Below, piece by piece: positions 38,626-53,601 of a stretch of 64,000 nt of DNA (position 1 is its first letter; every line of letters begins with the position of its first letter). The position numbers were made by a program, and so were the translations under genes. The DNA is from Mytilus trossulus. Lineage: Eukaryota. The notes beneath the pieces were generated by a model. The model saw nothing but the letters and a program-made list of their open reading frames with translations, was not told where the DNA came from and made no database searches. The stretch lies in the NCBI RefSeq assembly GCF_036588685.1, contig NC_086385.1, positions 36,417,216 to 36,481,215 on the forward strand. Direction: 5' to 3'.

Positions 38626-41600
38626 CAAAAAGTCAACAGGTTGAAAATATTGATAGTCATGTGAATCAGATATTCCATGGTGCTGTGGTTTTAGTCAGGT
38701 GACTCAGATTTCCATGGTGCTGTGGTTTCAGGGAACCAGTGCATTATGAAAATACAGGGTTGAACTTTGAGTCATGCTAGAAGTAGTAATGTATCAATAT
38801 GTTTTTTTTAATTTCATAATAATTCTTTTTTTACAGGAATCATTCAAAACCAAAGTGAAGGAATACATAACTATGTAATATGCTACTAGATAGTGATTCA
38901 TAAAACCTCCTGTTATTGCCATGTGTTCATTTATCAAGACTTCATTTTACATCATGCCCCTTCTTAAGTAAAGGAAGATAATTTGATATTCAGGTGATCT
39001 GATACCTTATAAAGGTGTGCTGAATATTTGAGAATGAGGCGAGCTGTAAAAAAAGAGGATGTTCTCTCATCAGTTGACATGGAATTTGTGATAATTTGTG
39101 AAAATGATTTGCTGTGAACCAGAACGTTAGAGATTGCTACATGTATGATAATGTATTTAGTTTGACTGCTTTATATTTACCATTTTATCCTGCCAGCTCA
39201 ATGATAATTGATTTTTTTTTATTTAAGTGCATAATTGATGAAATAAAGAATACAGTATTGAATAAGATAGTAGTGTACAAACTGTAAAGAATATTTTTTA
39301 TTGTGAAACTGAATTGTTTAATGGAATAATGGAAATTAAGAAATTGTTGTATTTCACGTTTAACAAACAACAATTTGAGATTACTATGGTCTCACTATTT
39401 CAATGAAGTTTACATTTTCTATAGGCTGCAAAATCCAGCAAATCAAATATTGACTAAATACATTTTTTCCACAATCCAAAAAAAATACAAAAATAAATCA
39501 ATTCACAGTATTAAATGTGATATCAATTTAATTCAACAACAACATAAATAATTCAATCAGATGTTAAATTGCATATTTGAATTGCAAAACAATTTCATTT
39601 TTCAGTGATACAAAATTGTCTAAAAAAGATAGTTAGTTTGGGAAAATTGTAATTTAAAGATTACACTTATCAGTCATAAAATCTTCAAGTGTTGTTTCAG
39701 ACTCCTAACATATTATTTGTTCATTAATTAAATATTTGAAAATGAATTAATTACTATTTGAATGTAAATCTGGAAGTTTTATTGGCTACTTAATTTTGTG
39801 ATTATCTTAACTACTGAAAATATTCAAACAATTTGTATCTAAGAGTAAAACTACTTTAACTAAATGATAGTTCTGTTTATTTACTCAGGGTTATGTTTAG
39901 ATACTATCAGTTTGTGTATTTGTACAGTGAAATACAGATTGTGCACATGGAAATTGGTTAAATTATTTTTATTTGATTTTTTTTATTATGATCATGTCTT
40001 TAACTGCTTTTTTATGTAAATTTGTTTTGCTCTGGGTTAAGGCTACAATAGCTGACTGTTCAGTCCTTCAGATTTAAAAAAACAAAACCCAAAAACAAAA
40101 GTTAGGTTAAAGTAGGCACACTTGTCCACCTAGAGTAAAAATAAGAGAATATTTCTAGATTTTCAATACAGTTTTTTTGTCATGATATAAGTGTTAGTGC
40201 TAGTATATCTAACCCTTGTCCATACACATGTGATTATAACAACTTGCTGTTGAAGCGTATTTATTTATCAGAAAGTTATAGTGTTGTAACATTAACATTT
40301 ATACCCATAACCCTGTTTTTACAGAATTGATCAGTAACATTTTAAATTTCTTGTCCTAAATTGAGTGTTTTGGGGACTATTTTTCAGGTTTTATTTGTTA
40401 TTTCAGAACTCTTTGATACACAAATAAAAAAAAATGTTTTCCATTTTCTATATATCATGTATGTATAGTACAGCACCTTTCCATTATAATATTAACTTGA
40501 TTCATGCATACCTGTGGTTTATATATGCTGCATTTAAATTTAATGTTTCATCAAACTTAAACTTTTCTGATATAACACTGAAAACTTACAATTTTAACCC
40601 TGAAACATGGTGCTAAATACATGTGATAAAAAGTCTGACAGACATACACATTTTAACTATAAAAGTAGTCCTTAGAATATTTTTTTTTGTAAAGCCCATT
40701 GTGTATGTGAGTGACATTTAAATGCTAAGTTCACTCTTTTTGTACAATTCTTCAATCCTTGGGTCAACATGATCTACCTATGGCTATTATGTATGATTGA
40801 ACACTTGCTTTGTTTCACTTTATTAAGGTCTTTTTGATAGACTGGAAAAGTGATTATATATGATTTTGTTGTTTATGATTGTAATTTATTGCTGTACACA
40901 GGGTTCTTTTTTCTATCATGACCTCCTTTTACATTTGTTTTGATGATTTTCGTTCAATTTTGCATTGAAATCTATATCTCCTCAAAAATCGGTTGTAACA
41001 CTGATAATTCACAGTTATAATTCATTTTGCAATTTGCTTGACAATTTTTATGTTTCAGAATATGTAAGACTTCTGTGTAGATTCATAACCTCTGTTAATT
41101 AAAATATGATTGACCACATTTGTACATTATAATTAAGTAAAACAATTACTGTACTTTCAGAAATTTTTGCATGGATTTATTGATTGTTGAACAAAAAGAG
41201 ACTTATTCAAGATTAATTTGTAAGATTTTAGGAATGCTGCGAACACATACAGCTATCAAAATGCCAATTTATAGTCCATGTCATTCTGATAGTAACAAGT
41301 ATACTGATTTGTTTTGTAAATGCCTTCACACATAAAGTCGAGCTCTAATATGACAATTTTTTGATTGAATTAACATTTATTTCAGCTCTACTCATTTGTG
41401 TTGAAATTTGAGACTTTGGCCTTTGAATATTTTGTGAAAATAATAGTTCTACTGACTTTTTTTTTAAATACCTTCACTGATTTTTAGTATGAAAGTCTAC
41501 TTTAATGAGTTACAGATCAAGTTTATGATTGGTTGTTCACCACTGATTTTTGCCGAAATTTCAATCATTAGACTTTGAAAATTTCCACTCCTAAAAATGG

Positions 41601-42999
41601 CTTCAAGCTACTTTTGCAAGTGGAGCCATTCATGTCATTTCAACACATCTAGTTTTTATTGCAACAAATATCCTCTTAAATTTATTGTCATTATACAAAA
41701 AATGCAAACATTACAGTATCTTAAATTCATAGAAAACTATACATGTCATAATTGCAAAATGTAATGAAATAAATGAATTTATAAAAAATATTATATCCTT
41801 CATTCCTATTGCTTCCATTAAATATGGTTATTGTTTGTTTGTACATATGTTGATATTTGTTATTTTATTTGAATGACAACCGAATGTGGCTGTATTAGAT
41901 GACCACACATTTGTTAGCTCATCAGATCCAACTGTCCAATGTGAGCTCATTGCAGCCATTATTACCTTATCTTTGAGATGTAATTTCTAAACCAATCAGA
42001 ATGGTTGTAACATTATAAACATGAATCTACCAAACATTAAATGGTCAACACATTATTTAATTTGCTTAGACATTGATGTAACAGTTTGACCAAATAGAAC
42101 TTAACTTTGATGAATAGATGTGAATTTGCTCTTTTAAAATTGAATATCCTTTACATTTTTTGTTTATAAAATGAAGAGGTGGTATGATTGCCAATGAGAC
42201 AACTATCCACAAAAGACCAAAATGACACAAACATTAACAACTATAGGTCACCGTACAGCCTTCAACAATGTTTATTTGAATGTCACTGATAAGTCCTTTG
42301 TAGAGGAAATGTGCGTCTGGTGCAAATATTTTTTTTCAATCCTTGTATCATCGATGAATTTATTGTTTTCTCTACAATGCTTGCTGGTTCTTTATATTTG
42401 ATGTCACCCTCACTGTATCAGCTTGGCTTAAAGATAAGAATATTTGTATTTGGCTGACCTTTAGAAATGTTATTTAGGAGACAAGTTAAATGCATTATCA
42501 GGACAAAAACTTATCAATTTGCTATGGCTGTGAACCTATCTCAATGAGTAATTAAAAAAGTGCTGACTAGTTGATGGCATTTAATTTTCTAACATAAAGG
42601 ATAGAACAGATACAGTTAAGTCTGCCTTATATATATTGACTTGCATCTTAAAAATTATGGTCGGCTGAAAACAAAACTTTACCATAAAAGAAGATATCAG
42701 CTTCCAATTGTGATCTCTTTTTGTTTGCCCCACCTACAATAGTAGACAGGCATTTTGTTTGCTGTTCTGTACGTCAGTTCGTTCCTCTGTCCCGCTTCAG
42801 GATATAGTTTATGGTCAAGGTATTTTTTGATGAAGGTGAAGTCAAATCAAATTAAAACTTAATATACATGTTCCCTATGATATGATCTTTCTAATTTTAA
42901 CGCCAAATTAGAGCTTTTAACCCAATTTCAAGGTCCACTAAACATAGAAAATGATAGTGAGAGTGAGGTATCTGTGTACTATGGACACATTCTTGTTTC

Positions 43000-43460
43000 T
43001 ATATGCAACGCCTGCATACAGAGTATATATCCTCCAGTTGATATGGTATTCCAGGGCGTGTATATCCTGTCAAGATTTCCTTAATATCACAAGGATTTGT
43101 GTTTACTAAGAGTTCAAAGGAGTGAAGTTGAAATCATCCCTTTGTAAATTTAATAAACGTCATCAAGTGATGGTTGAAAGTTATGGATTACCTGTTTCAC
43201 AGATGAAAAAATGTCGTAATTACAGTTGTGCCCCCTTTTCCCTGAATGTGACTTAATAGACAAATTACAGGTTTGTACTTACATGAGAAACATGATGTGT
43301 AGCACCTGTGACTTAGGATCTGCTTACCCTTCCCAAGCACATGAAATCACCCCAATATTTTGAATGGGGTTATCTTGCTCAGTCGTGAGTTTCTATGTTG
43401 TATTTTTAAATGCATTTTGTTTGATACTAGTAGTATTTTTCATACTAACCATGGTATTGT
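43000..43460 (+). mobile_element. Penelope-like 3' fragment
   Basis: gtgaagttgaaatcatccctttgtaaattt...ggatctgcttacccttcc matches ~5530-5760. Confidence 0.65.
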
Positions 43461-43469
43461 CAGATTATG

Positions 43470-43892
43470 TTTGACTTCACATGCAGTTTTCATTCACATC
43501 AATTTCACGTGAATTTAAATTCTGACATGTAAATCTCATGTGAAATTCACCTCAAACCAGCTGATACGTGAAACTCACGTGAAATCAGTTTATGTGAGTT
43601 TCACATGAATCTCATGAGAAATTCACTTGAACTTCACATGAAAATTACATGAAATCTTAAAATATTTCAAGCAACATCTAAATTTTTAAATTCAAGTAAA
43701 ATCATGAAAAATACCATTTTTTTTTTTAAAAGTTCATGTGAAATTATGTTAAGTTTTTCGCGGGAGAATCATGTGAATCTCAATTCACGTGAAATTTACA
43801 TGAACAGTTTCATGAGAGTTTCATGTATTAGCTCGATTGAGGTGAATCTCACATGAAATTTGAAATTCACTTGAGCAAATTTTGCCTGTGTA
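43470..43892. repeat. Array of tcacatgaaa/tcacgtga motifs (MITE or subterminal-repeat-like)
   Basis: Many direct and inverted ttcacatgaa/ttcacgtgaa units within ~420 bp. Confidence 0.55.
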
Positions 43893-44953
43893 ATGAGTTA
43901 AAATATCACTTTGGTATCTTTCTCCTTTCATTCAAATATGATGAGAGGAAGATCTTTTTAATTGAAGGTCTTTGCAAGTAAAGTTGAGTTGTAATTAGTC
44001 CATATATTTCCGGGAAAGTGGTGTAATCAATCGTTTGTTTACCAGATACATGTAGCAATTTTATATCTAAAATGGAGATGCGGTATCGTAGCAAATGCGA
44101 CACTTATCCGCTAAAGTTGATATGTGTATAATAAGCAATTAAAATCAATCGTAGGGCATTATTCAATGGGATATATATATATATATACCATATACTAAGT
44201 AGAAGGCTTTAAAAGGCTCCGGCATAGAAAATACCAAAGAATTCATTCAAGGAAACTATCAGCTTGCAACCAAGAATTAAAACCTATTAATGTGTTTGCA
44301 TACCTATTATAGTCAGATGACACACTAGTGTTGACAACGACTATAATGACAGAGTGGACGATGAAGCTAGAAAAGTAACTCTTTGGAATACACGTGTCAA
44401 TATAACGGAACCACAAACAACTGTTATACAATTGGGATATTTTAGCTATCCCTTTTTTTTAGGAAAACGCCTGCATTAAATCAGGATATGACGGTTGTTT
44501 TGTACTCGTTCCGTTGATTGATAACGTTCGATTTGTCCAGTTTTTATGGACATCCCCTTTTTGAATTTACCTTGGAGTTCGATATTTTTGTTAAAACTTT
44601 TTGGTACATTCATCCATTGTCACATACCATCTTAATGATTGATTTGTTTGCAGCTTACCTACGATTACGTTGGATTGAACTGGTAAGGATGTCTAAAATT
44701 AAAAAAAAAACAATATATCGATGTTTCATCATGAAATATATGAGCAGTCTTTAAAAGTTGCATTTCTGTATAGATATTTGAAAAAAAAAATAAGAACAGA
44801 AAAACGTTTTTATTTCAATACATAACAGATAGATTATGAAACATTGAAGCTACTTGAACTTTTAAGATAATTCCAGATTTGCTTCATACGAACTGAAGAA
44901 CGCTTTGAGGCTGTAATTGTTTTGAGTAGCACACTGATTACGGGTTTATTGTA

Positions 44954-46686
44954 TCAAACATCAAACAAAAAGGCAGCTTTGGCATAGTTTGCTACTAGAA
45001 GTAAGTTTTTTGTTTTATCAAAATGAATGGCACGAGGTTTTAAAAGTCCGTCACCAGCTCCAATCAGCTCTTTAGCCTGTTTTCCGTCTTGGGATATAAC
45101 TACAATATTGTTTGATGAAGAACCTGCAACATAAATGTTGGAATAAGAATCTAAGGTAATGCCATATGGTTCTCTGAGCAACAAATCAGAATATGTCCAT
45201 TTAACTTGACCATTGAAATCGTAACACACGACAGAATGCTCATAATAGTCTGAATGAAAAATAAAATGATCATTTGAGGTTACGTAGGTATCGTACATAT
45301 TCCGAGGTGCACTATGCAGTTTCCGGACGTTGGTCAAACTTTTATGCAACCGATCAAATATTTCAATCCCTTTCTCAGATATACAACAAACAAATAATCC
45401 ATTGTGATAGTTTAAGCCATAAGGATATCCGTCTACATCAATAATTTGACGGGATTCCTCATTACTACATGTAATATCAATCACGTAAATCCGATATGGA
45501 GGATTCCCCCCACCTGATACAGCTACTGTATTTGAATCGATCACTGCAAGATCATATCCAATAGAATTTGACTGAGGGTTGATTCTTGATTTGGAACGGA
45601 TTTCACCATTATGCGCATATTTCAACAAATGAACAATCTATTGTTGTACCCTTCTTAAAATAACATGTTTCCATCTTCTAAAATGACACATCCTGTAAGA
45701 CCGTTGCCATCTATGTCAATCTTACGTACCAGTCTGACATTTATGTTTTCAATTGTTTTTGCTCTTAATGAAGATTTATAAAGCTGTGCTGATTTATCAC
45801 CTTTCCAGGAAAAAGAAGTATGTTTATCAGAACTGTCTACCTTTATATCACCAAATGCTTTTATTTCATCTTTGAACTCTTCCAGTTTTTCATTGAATTT
45901 ACATTCCAAAGTTATGTTGTTAAGATTCCCATTATCGTATAATACTTGGAGTTTTATTTCGTTGGTTGAAACATTTTCCTGGAATGCCTTTGTTCCAATG
46001 AAGATCTGTAAATTGGATGCAAACATTTTTACAGATTCGAAATCTTTTTTTATTTCGTCTATTCTCTTTTTTTTGTCCTCCAATTTCATCACCACTTCAT
46101 CTATTTTCAGACAGTATTCATTCCCCATTGCTGATACTTCATCATGTAATACTCCTTCTAAGTTATCCAAAACTGTATTTATTTCTTGACACTTTTCTTT
46201 AATTTGTTCTACGATCACCCGTTTCTGTTCACGTAATTCTGTCAAATTTCGATTTCGGTCCTTTATAGCGAAACAGATGTTATCATCTAGATATTTTAAA
46301 ACCTTTTCAACGTTAGCTAAAGCTGCTGACTGATGTCTTGAAGATGGTGTAAGAAAATCTTCAATGAAAAAAGTTTCCTTGCATTCCTTATGACTTGATA
46401 TCAAACAACGTTTGCAGCACAGAGAGTCATTTGATTTACAATAAACTTCGAGAAAGCAGTCGTGCACCTCACAGTTATGGCTAATATTCTTGATAAATGA
46501 TGGTAATTTGTTATATTTGTCCATAGAGATTGTCTGGTGTGATTTTGACGATTTCGATATCTTATGATGATTTCGACAATCTCCACAAAGAACCTCTTCA
46601 CATTGTGGACAGAATTCTTCCGCCAATTTATTTAGGTCCCTGGTTAGGCAAATATCACAGAATGTTGCTATTTCCTTAGTGGCCAT
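44954..46686 (-). pseudogene. TRIM-like gene, copy C; TAA at 45655-45657 plus a frameshift
   Basis: 343-aa B-box/coiled-coil ORF ends ...GNMLF*. It then reads EGYNNRL, and the propeller ORF (44954..45628) is in another frame. Confidence 0.88.
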
Positions 46687-49358
46687 ATCTGAATTTGTTC
46701 TGTCGTATTTAAGGTCAAAGATGGTGCCTCATAATATTCACCACTCCCAATCTACCATCAACACTTTGATCCAGACCTATGAAAAAATATAAAAACTGAA
46801 AATTCTGTTTACTAAAAAGCAAAAATAAATGTTTCTTGGTAAAGTAACGCAAACTGAAATGCCCATTCCTATTGTGGATTGCTATATATATCTAACAAGT
46901 CCGACAGTCACTTGAACTTACTTTTAAACAAAATGAATTTAAAAAACAAATAAAAGTCCCACCTAAAAAAAATTTTTTTGGAAAAATCATATGACCTAAG
47001 TGCATGCAATGTTTTATCTTTGACGATGTTTAAAAATTAAAAAGAAATAAAAGAAGCATCAGTGTTGGAAATTGAACAAAATGGAATACTTTAGTTTCGC
47101 ACGACAGGTCATGCATGCATAACAAAAACTGTTTACCGTATTGACAAGCCTGGTCTCGCTCCTTTTCATGGAAATTTTCTTTCACCTTGATTTGCATTTT
47201 TTAAATGAATGGTTACGATTTGAAGACCTATTTTTAAACTGCAGTTGACTCAAATCGGACAGCTGATTTTGATTGGGGAATATTGAGCAATAATTGAGAA
47301 GTGAGAAGTTCAGATAATTGCAAACACTGTGTGTAATTCTTTGATTTTATGTAGTTTTATCCAAATATAAAAAAGAAGATGTGGTACGATTGCCAATGAG
47401 ACAACTGTCCACAAGAGACCAAAATGACACAGACATTAACATTTATAGGTTACCATACGGTCTTCAACAATGAGAAAAGCCTATACCGCATAGTCAGCTA
47501 CAAAAGGTCCCGATATGACAATGTAAAATAATTCAAACAAGAAAACTAACGGCCTTATTTATGTAACTATGTAAATGAACAAAAAATAAATATGTAACAC
47601 ATAAACAAACGACAAACACTGAATTACAGGCTCCTGACTTGGGACAGGCACACACATTAATAATGTTGCGGGGTTAAACATGTTAGCGGGATCCCAAACC
47701 TCCCCCTAACATGGGACAGTGGTATAAAAGTCCAACATAAGAACGAACTATAAAAATCAGTTGAAAAAGGCTTAACTTATCAAATGGACAAACATACAAG
47801 TGGACGTGGACGGGTACTTATAAAGTCTATTGCAGGTTAAAATTAAACGAATAAAGCTATGTATATGTATCGAAACGCATAGCCGTTTTCCGTGACGTTG
47901 TCTCATTATGGATTCTCTATTACTCATTTAATACGTCAAGTTTTTACTTTATTGACGCTGACATTTGAAATACAAAGTCTTTGAAGCAGATACGTTTGAA
48001 ATACTAGTAACTTTATATAAAAGAGAGAAAATGATAAACTAATCAGACGTCTTTTTTAAACTTACATTTGATTTATACACTTATATTTGAAATAGAATCA
48101 GACTTTGATACAGACTCAGGGTGTAATAGAGACACCTTTCAAATATGTTTGTAAGTACACGTTCTTTATTATTTCAAGTTATTTTCACTCATTCAGCAAG
48201 TACATTAAAAGTAGTTTATTTGTTGGCCCACTTTTCTAATTGTAAAACTGTATAGGAATAGTATATACTTACATGCTAGATAAATGTAGGCAGCTCTTAA
48301 GATATAGGGTTGAAAAGAGCAAACCCCATTACACGAACAATTATATAAGCTGAAAGGCACACGTATATCCTAAATTGATACGCATATATAATCTAATTAC
48401 CAGATAAATTGTTTCCGCGTTTATTTCTATAAAATCAACAGACCATGTGCCTGATGTGTTGTTTGACTTGCGGTTTCATGCATGCTTTGTTATCCGACCA
48501 AGGACATCATACCTTACGTGTTGATATCTTTTGGTTCAATTCTTAATCATTCTTATCAATAATTGATGTGAACTTTGTCGTGTGTTTGTGTGGTTTATAA
48601 TTTTTCTTTGTTTCTCGTTTTTATATAGGCCGCCATACTTAATGTACTGTTTGGTCTACGGGTGTGGTTTTGCGTGTACTCTTGTTATTGCTGGATTGAA
48701 AGTTTAAAAAATTTGATTAAAGGTCGATCAATTGAAAAACAGACCCATTATGAAATTCAGAATTTAGAATTTTACTTGCTCTTACCTGATTGTAACATCA
48801 TACAAATTATAGTTGTTGTGTATCTTCATACATTTAAAAAAAATTCTATTTAATCTTATTTATTTACCTGTAAGAATATACGTACACAAGTATGTTAAAT
48901 GTCAGTTCAAGCAGGACACATATATATCTATCTGAATAACCTTCTCTCTATTTATTACGTAATTCAACAACGTTCATTTAAGTATCTTTTTGTGTGACCT
49001 ATAAATGAAGGATAGATTTTGATTTTTTTTCTTTAATCGACGTTTATCCTGGGCTGAAAGTTTTGTCAAGTCGATAGTTTGTCGTGAAAATATGGCATGT
49101 TGTATGAAGACAGTCGCTCATGTACTTTAAATCCTCCTCATGAGTTTTAACGAATATACTACAAAGATTGTAATATGTGTATTTCATTTAAAATTTGTAA
49201 CTCGACCTTGTTTTCTCTCAATCGATTTATGACTTTTGAACAGAGGTAAACTACTGTTGCCTTTGTTTATGTGGAATCAATTGCCACAGTCTCTTTTGAG
49301 GAAACAAATACAAATATAAACTATACATAATTGACATGTAAACAGTTTGTCTCCTTAA

Positions 49359-49930
49359 AGTCATAAGAAACCTCAAATCAAAAAAAATTAATGCATATGT
49401 TTTTTATAACTCAATGGATAGTTTTCAACATAAAACTTATGTACATATACTTTTTATCTGAAGAAAATTCTTTAATTTATTCATATTTAGAAGAAGTTTA
49501 CTTTATTTTAATTGCTTCCTTTCAGCAAGCAATTCCCCCGACATATTTTCCGTATTCAAAGTGACCTCAGTGTGACCCATCTCGTAAAAATCCGGTGATC
49601 ACAATACGCATGGATGTCCTTAAAATAAACTATTATCTGAATTTACATGTTAAACACGTGCTCTCTTTCCATGCTTTTTTGTTTATTTTTTGTCGATTGT
49701 TTACAAACAGGTGACCATCGTTAAACTTCGGCTTCAAAACACGAACTTTAATTATTTGCCATATTTTCACAACAACACTGACCGATTGATTATTTTTTAA
49801 TGATTATACGAAATTTACACTAAAAAAATGATAAATTCGTGCACAGAAGACTAAGTTTATGATGTTTGTATGCATTTATTCAAAAATTGGAAGAACATTC
49901 TTTTTCACCGGTCACTCGTTTCTTAGGACT
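49359..49930. mobile_element. Non-autonomous TTAA-flanked (Kolobok-like) MITE, 572 bp
   Basis: TTAA at 49355-49358 and 49931-49934; TIR AGTCATAAGAAAC vs AGTCCTAAGAAAC. Confidence 0.75.
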
Positions 49931-50008
49931 TTAATATATAAATATCCGTACAGTAGTACCCCAGTACACAACATTTGGTTCTTTGTTTTACTTAAACTTA
50001 ATATGAAT

Positions 50009-51235
50009 AAATAAAGGCAACAGTTGTATACCGCTGTTAAAAACTCATAAATCCATGGACAAAAAACAAAATCGGGGAAACAAACTAAAACCGAGGAAAA
50101 CGCATTAAATATCAGAGGACAACAACGACACAACATTAAAATGTAACACACACAGAAACGGACCAAGCATCAGACAAAATCCCACGAGAATAAGAAATAT
50201 AATATCAAAACCAAATACATGAATTTGGAATAGACAAGTAGTTTTTTTTTATTGTTACCTCTTGTCATAACGCAAAGAGCAAGTAATCAGTCAATTAAAA
50301 GGATACCGTACTTTATACTCAGTTTCATACCATATAAGATTAAAACCATCTGTTATTTAACTCGAACGAAGATGATCCTCATTTGAAATATAGCTTTATA
50401 AATACGATGTGATATGAATGTCAACTCTTTACTAGACACCAATTGTCGAAAAGAATAAGCAGCCAGTATAATCATATATTGAAACATTCACCCCCATTTC
50501 CCTTCTTTAAGTATTACTTATGTGAATGGCGATATGCAAAAATTGTGTTCAATTATCAATTGCTTTTTTTTTCAAATGCGAAAGTTGTTGCCACTTGACG
50601 CAAAGAAAACAACGATCTTTAGTCAATTTTACGTTTTTTATATACATCATCCAACTAGAAAGTTTTCCATCTGACATGATTATTTACGAGTTAAGAAATG
50701 TTTTTGATACAGGTATCCTAATCATTTTCTGCTGTCAGCGATATCTTTTTTTCATTTACTTAACTGTTATCATTTGATATTTCAACAGTTGATTTTTTCA
50801 CTTTACCTCTCCATTTATAATTTTTTAGTGTTTCTCCCTTTTGTTGGTACCAACTATTCTTTTTCTACAAATTTTGAGAAACGTTTATTTTCAGAATTCT
50901 ACGTCCTCCATCATACTATTTCTGTTACTATAGTTAGATATATCATTAACGCTATTGCACACGTGTGCATGATTAATGACAGTATGTAACACTGTAATTG
51001 ATTTTCGGTTAATTTTGTTATTTAAGTTTTTAAGGTTTTGATGTTATATTTGTTATTCTCGTGGGATTGTGTCTATTGCTCGTTCCGTTTCTGTGTGTAA
51101 CATTTTAATGTTATGTCGTTGTTCTCCTCTTATATTTAATGCGTTTCCCTCGGTTTTAGTTTGTTACCCCGATTTTGTTTTTTGTCCATGGATTTATGAG
51201 TTTTGAACAGCGGAATACGACTGGCCCCTTTATTT
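50009..51235. repeat. ~200-bp inverted repeat pair (50009-50212 and ~51035-51235)
   Basis: aaaactcataaatccatggacaaaaaacaaaatcgggg... and its reverse complement; short third copy at ~49205-49270. Confidence 0.8.
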
Positions 51236-51921
51236 GCCGCGTTGACATATAACATATCACACTTCGCTAGTCTCATCACAAAATCATCCCAATTAAAACG
51301 ACGAACTACGGAATGAGGACAAATTACGATCATTCTATCATTGCATTTCTATTAAACATTTGCATAAAATGTTGAGAAAAGGATCTACTTTTTTATATTT
51401 CCTACGAACTACGTCTTACGTTATTTTTTTTTAACAAAATAAACCCGGAAATTTCGGGATGATGTAGTTTAACTTGATTTTCTGAACTAGTTCTATTATT
51501 TCTATTAATGTTATGAATTTCAACCTACTGTCCGGGAAGTTATTGAGTTAAATACAAACATGTTTTCCCTTAGAAAGAAGTACTATATATTCTTGCATGT
51601 TTTTAATAAATACGTTATAATGACCGTGTTTATTGGACTACTTTTGTTACCAATAAAGTGATTTAACAATTATTCACTATAAAAGAGGTGGTTATATCTA
51701 TGATTCAGCATTGACGAAATAGTAAAAAAAAATAAAAAAAAGATGTACTTTGTATTGAGGAATTGATATGTATGTAAGATGGCTCGCTAGTTGTAATTGA
51801 AGCCTGAAAATAGGATTTATTCTATAAGCTCGATAAAATTCCTCTTAGGCTTTTATTTAAATTTGAACTTGATTTCAAAGATGTGATTCCAATTGTAAAA
51901 GGTCTATTGTATGGTTATGCT

Positions 51922-53601
51922 TTAAATAACATCATACACGAAGGCGCCATTTTTATAGTTTGCTACTAGAAGCAAGTGTTTTGTTTTCTGGAAGAACAAG
52001 GCACGATGATTTGTCACTAGCTCCAATGAGCTCTTTCGCCTGTTTGTCATCTGAAGATATCACGACTCCATTGTTCGAGTCAGAACCTGCAACATAAATA
52101 TTCGAATAAGTATCTAATGTGATGCCGTACGGTTTTCTAAGCAATGAAGAATCGACATATTTCCATTATACCTTCCCATACAACAGAATGATCACGCTAA
52201 TTGGTATGAAAAATGTTATTTGCATTTGAGGCAACGTGGGTATCATCCGCCGATTTGGGAGAATTTGGAAGTATCCGAGCGTTAGAGTTCGACCTGTCAT
52301 TTATGTTTCTGCCATTCTGATACGTGCAACAAATAAATGAATCGTTGTTGCAGCTCAAACCGTAACAATAGTCCTCTAGTTGAAAAACTTGACTCGTGTT
52401 TGTACTATTTATATTAGATTGTTTCCACCACTTGATACAGCTACAGTATTACAGTCAATCACTGCAAGGTCATACCCAATGAGGCTCGTTGCAGGTTGAT
52501 ACGTGATTCTGAAATGAATTCACCATTAGGCGCATATTTCATCATACTATTGCTGTGTCTTTATAGAAAAAGCATGTTTCCAGCTTCTGATATCGCACAT
52601 CCAGAAATACCGTTATAGTTGCTATTTATGTTAATCCTACATCCTAACTTGACGTTTATGGTTTAAATAGATTCTAATACTGACGTTGGTTCATAAAATT
52701 GTGCTGACTTGTCACCTTTCCATGAAAAAGAAACATGTTTTTGACTTTTATCAATTTTCACATCACCAAATGTCTTTATGTTTTTCATAAACCCTTCTAC
52801 TTTGTCATTGAAAGTGCAAGTCATTGTCACGTTGTTTAAGCTCCCATTGTCATATAATTGTTGGACGTTGTCTTCATTGGTTGAAATTCTTTCTTGGAAT
52901 GCCTTTGTTCCCATGAAGATTTGCAAATTGGATGCAAACAATTTAACAGATTCAACATCTATTTGAATATCTTCTACTTTTTCTTTTTCATTCTCCAAAT
53001 TAGCAATTATTTGTTCTATTTTTCCACAGTTTGTCTTCTCAAGTGTAGATGCATTTTGTTGTAATTGTTCTTCTAAATGGTCTAAAAGTGCATTAATTTT
53101 GTAACGCTTGTCTTTGATGTGTTCAGAAATAACCCGCTTCTGTTCACGTAATCCCGTTAAATTTCTTTTTCTGTCCTTTATAGCAGATGAAATGTTACTT
53201 TCCAAATTTTTCAGAATTTTTTCAATGTTATTCAAAGCTACTGATGGGTGTCCTTTTGAAGGCGGAAGAAAATCTTGTATAAAAATAATTTCCTTGCATT
53301 TTTTGTGAGCTGATATTGAACAGATTTTGCAACAGAGAGAGTCATGGGATTTACAATAGAATTCAAGGATACAGCCGTGCTCTTGACAGTTATGGCTAAT
53401 TTGCTTGATGAAGGATGGCAATTTGTTATATTTTTCTAAAGAGATGGTCTGATGTGATTTTGTTGATTTCGATATCTTATGATGTTCTCTACAGTCTCCA
53501 CACAGAACTTCTGCACAGTGTGGACAGAATTCTTCTGCTAACTTGTTGAGGTCCCTCTGTTGACAAATGTCGCAAAATGGTGTATTGTCGTTGGTGGCCA
53601 T
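51922..53601 (-). pseudogene. TRIM-like gene, copy D; stop at 52663-52665 and several later stops, frameshifts and deletions in the propeller
   Basis: Start MATND at 53601. After ESI* the frame reads TINVKLG...EAGNMLFL*; remnants include LRKPYGITLDTYSNIYVAG. Closest paralog is copy A. Confidence 0.88.

Noticed and set aside
38700-42100. Short ORFs in the AT-rich stretch
   Set aside because: Low-complexity composition with no motifs or convincing exon chain.
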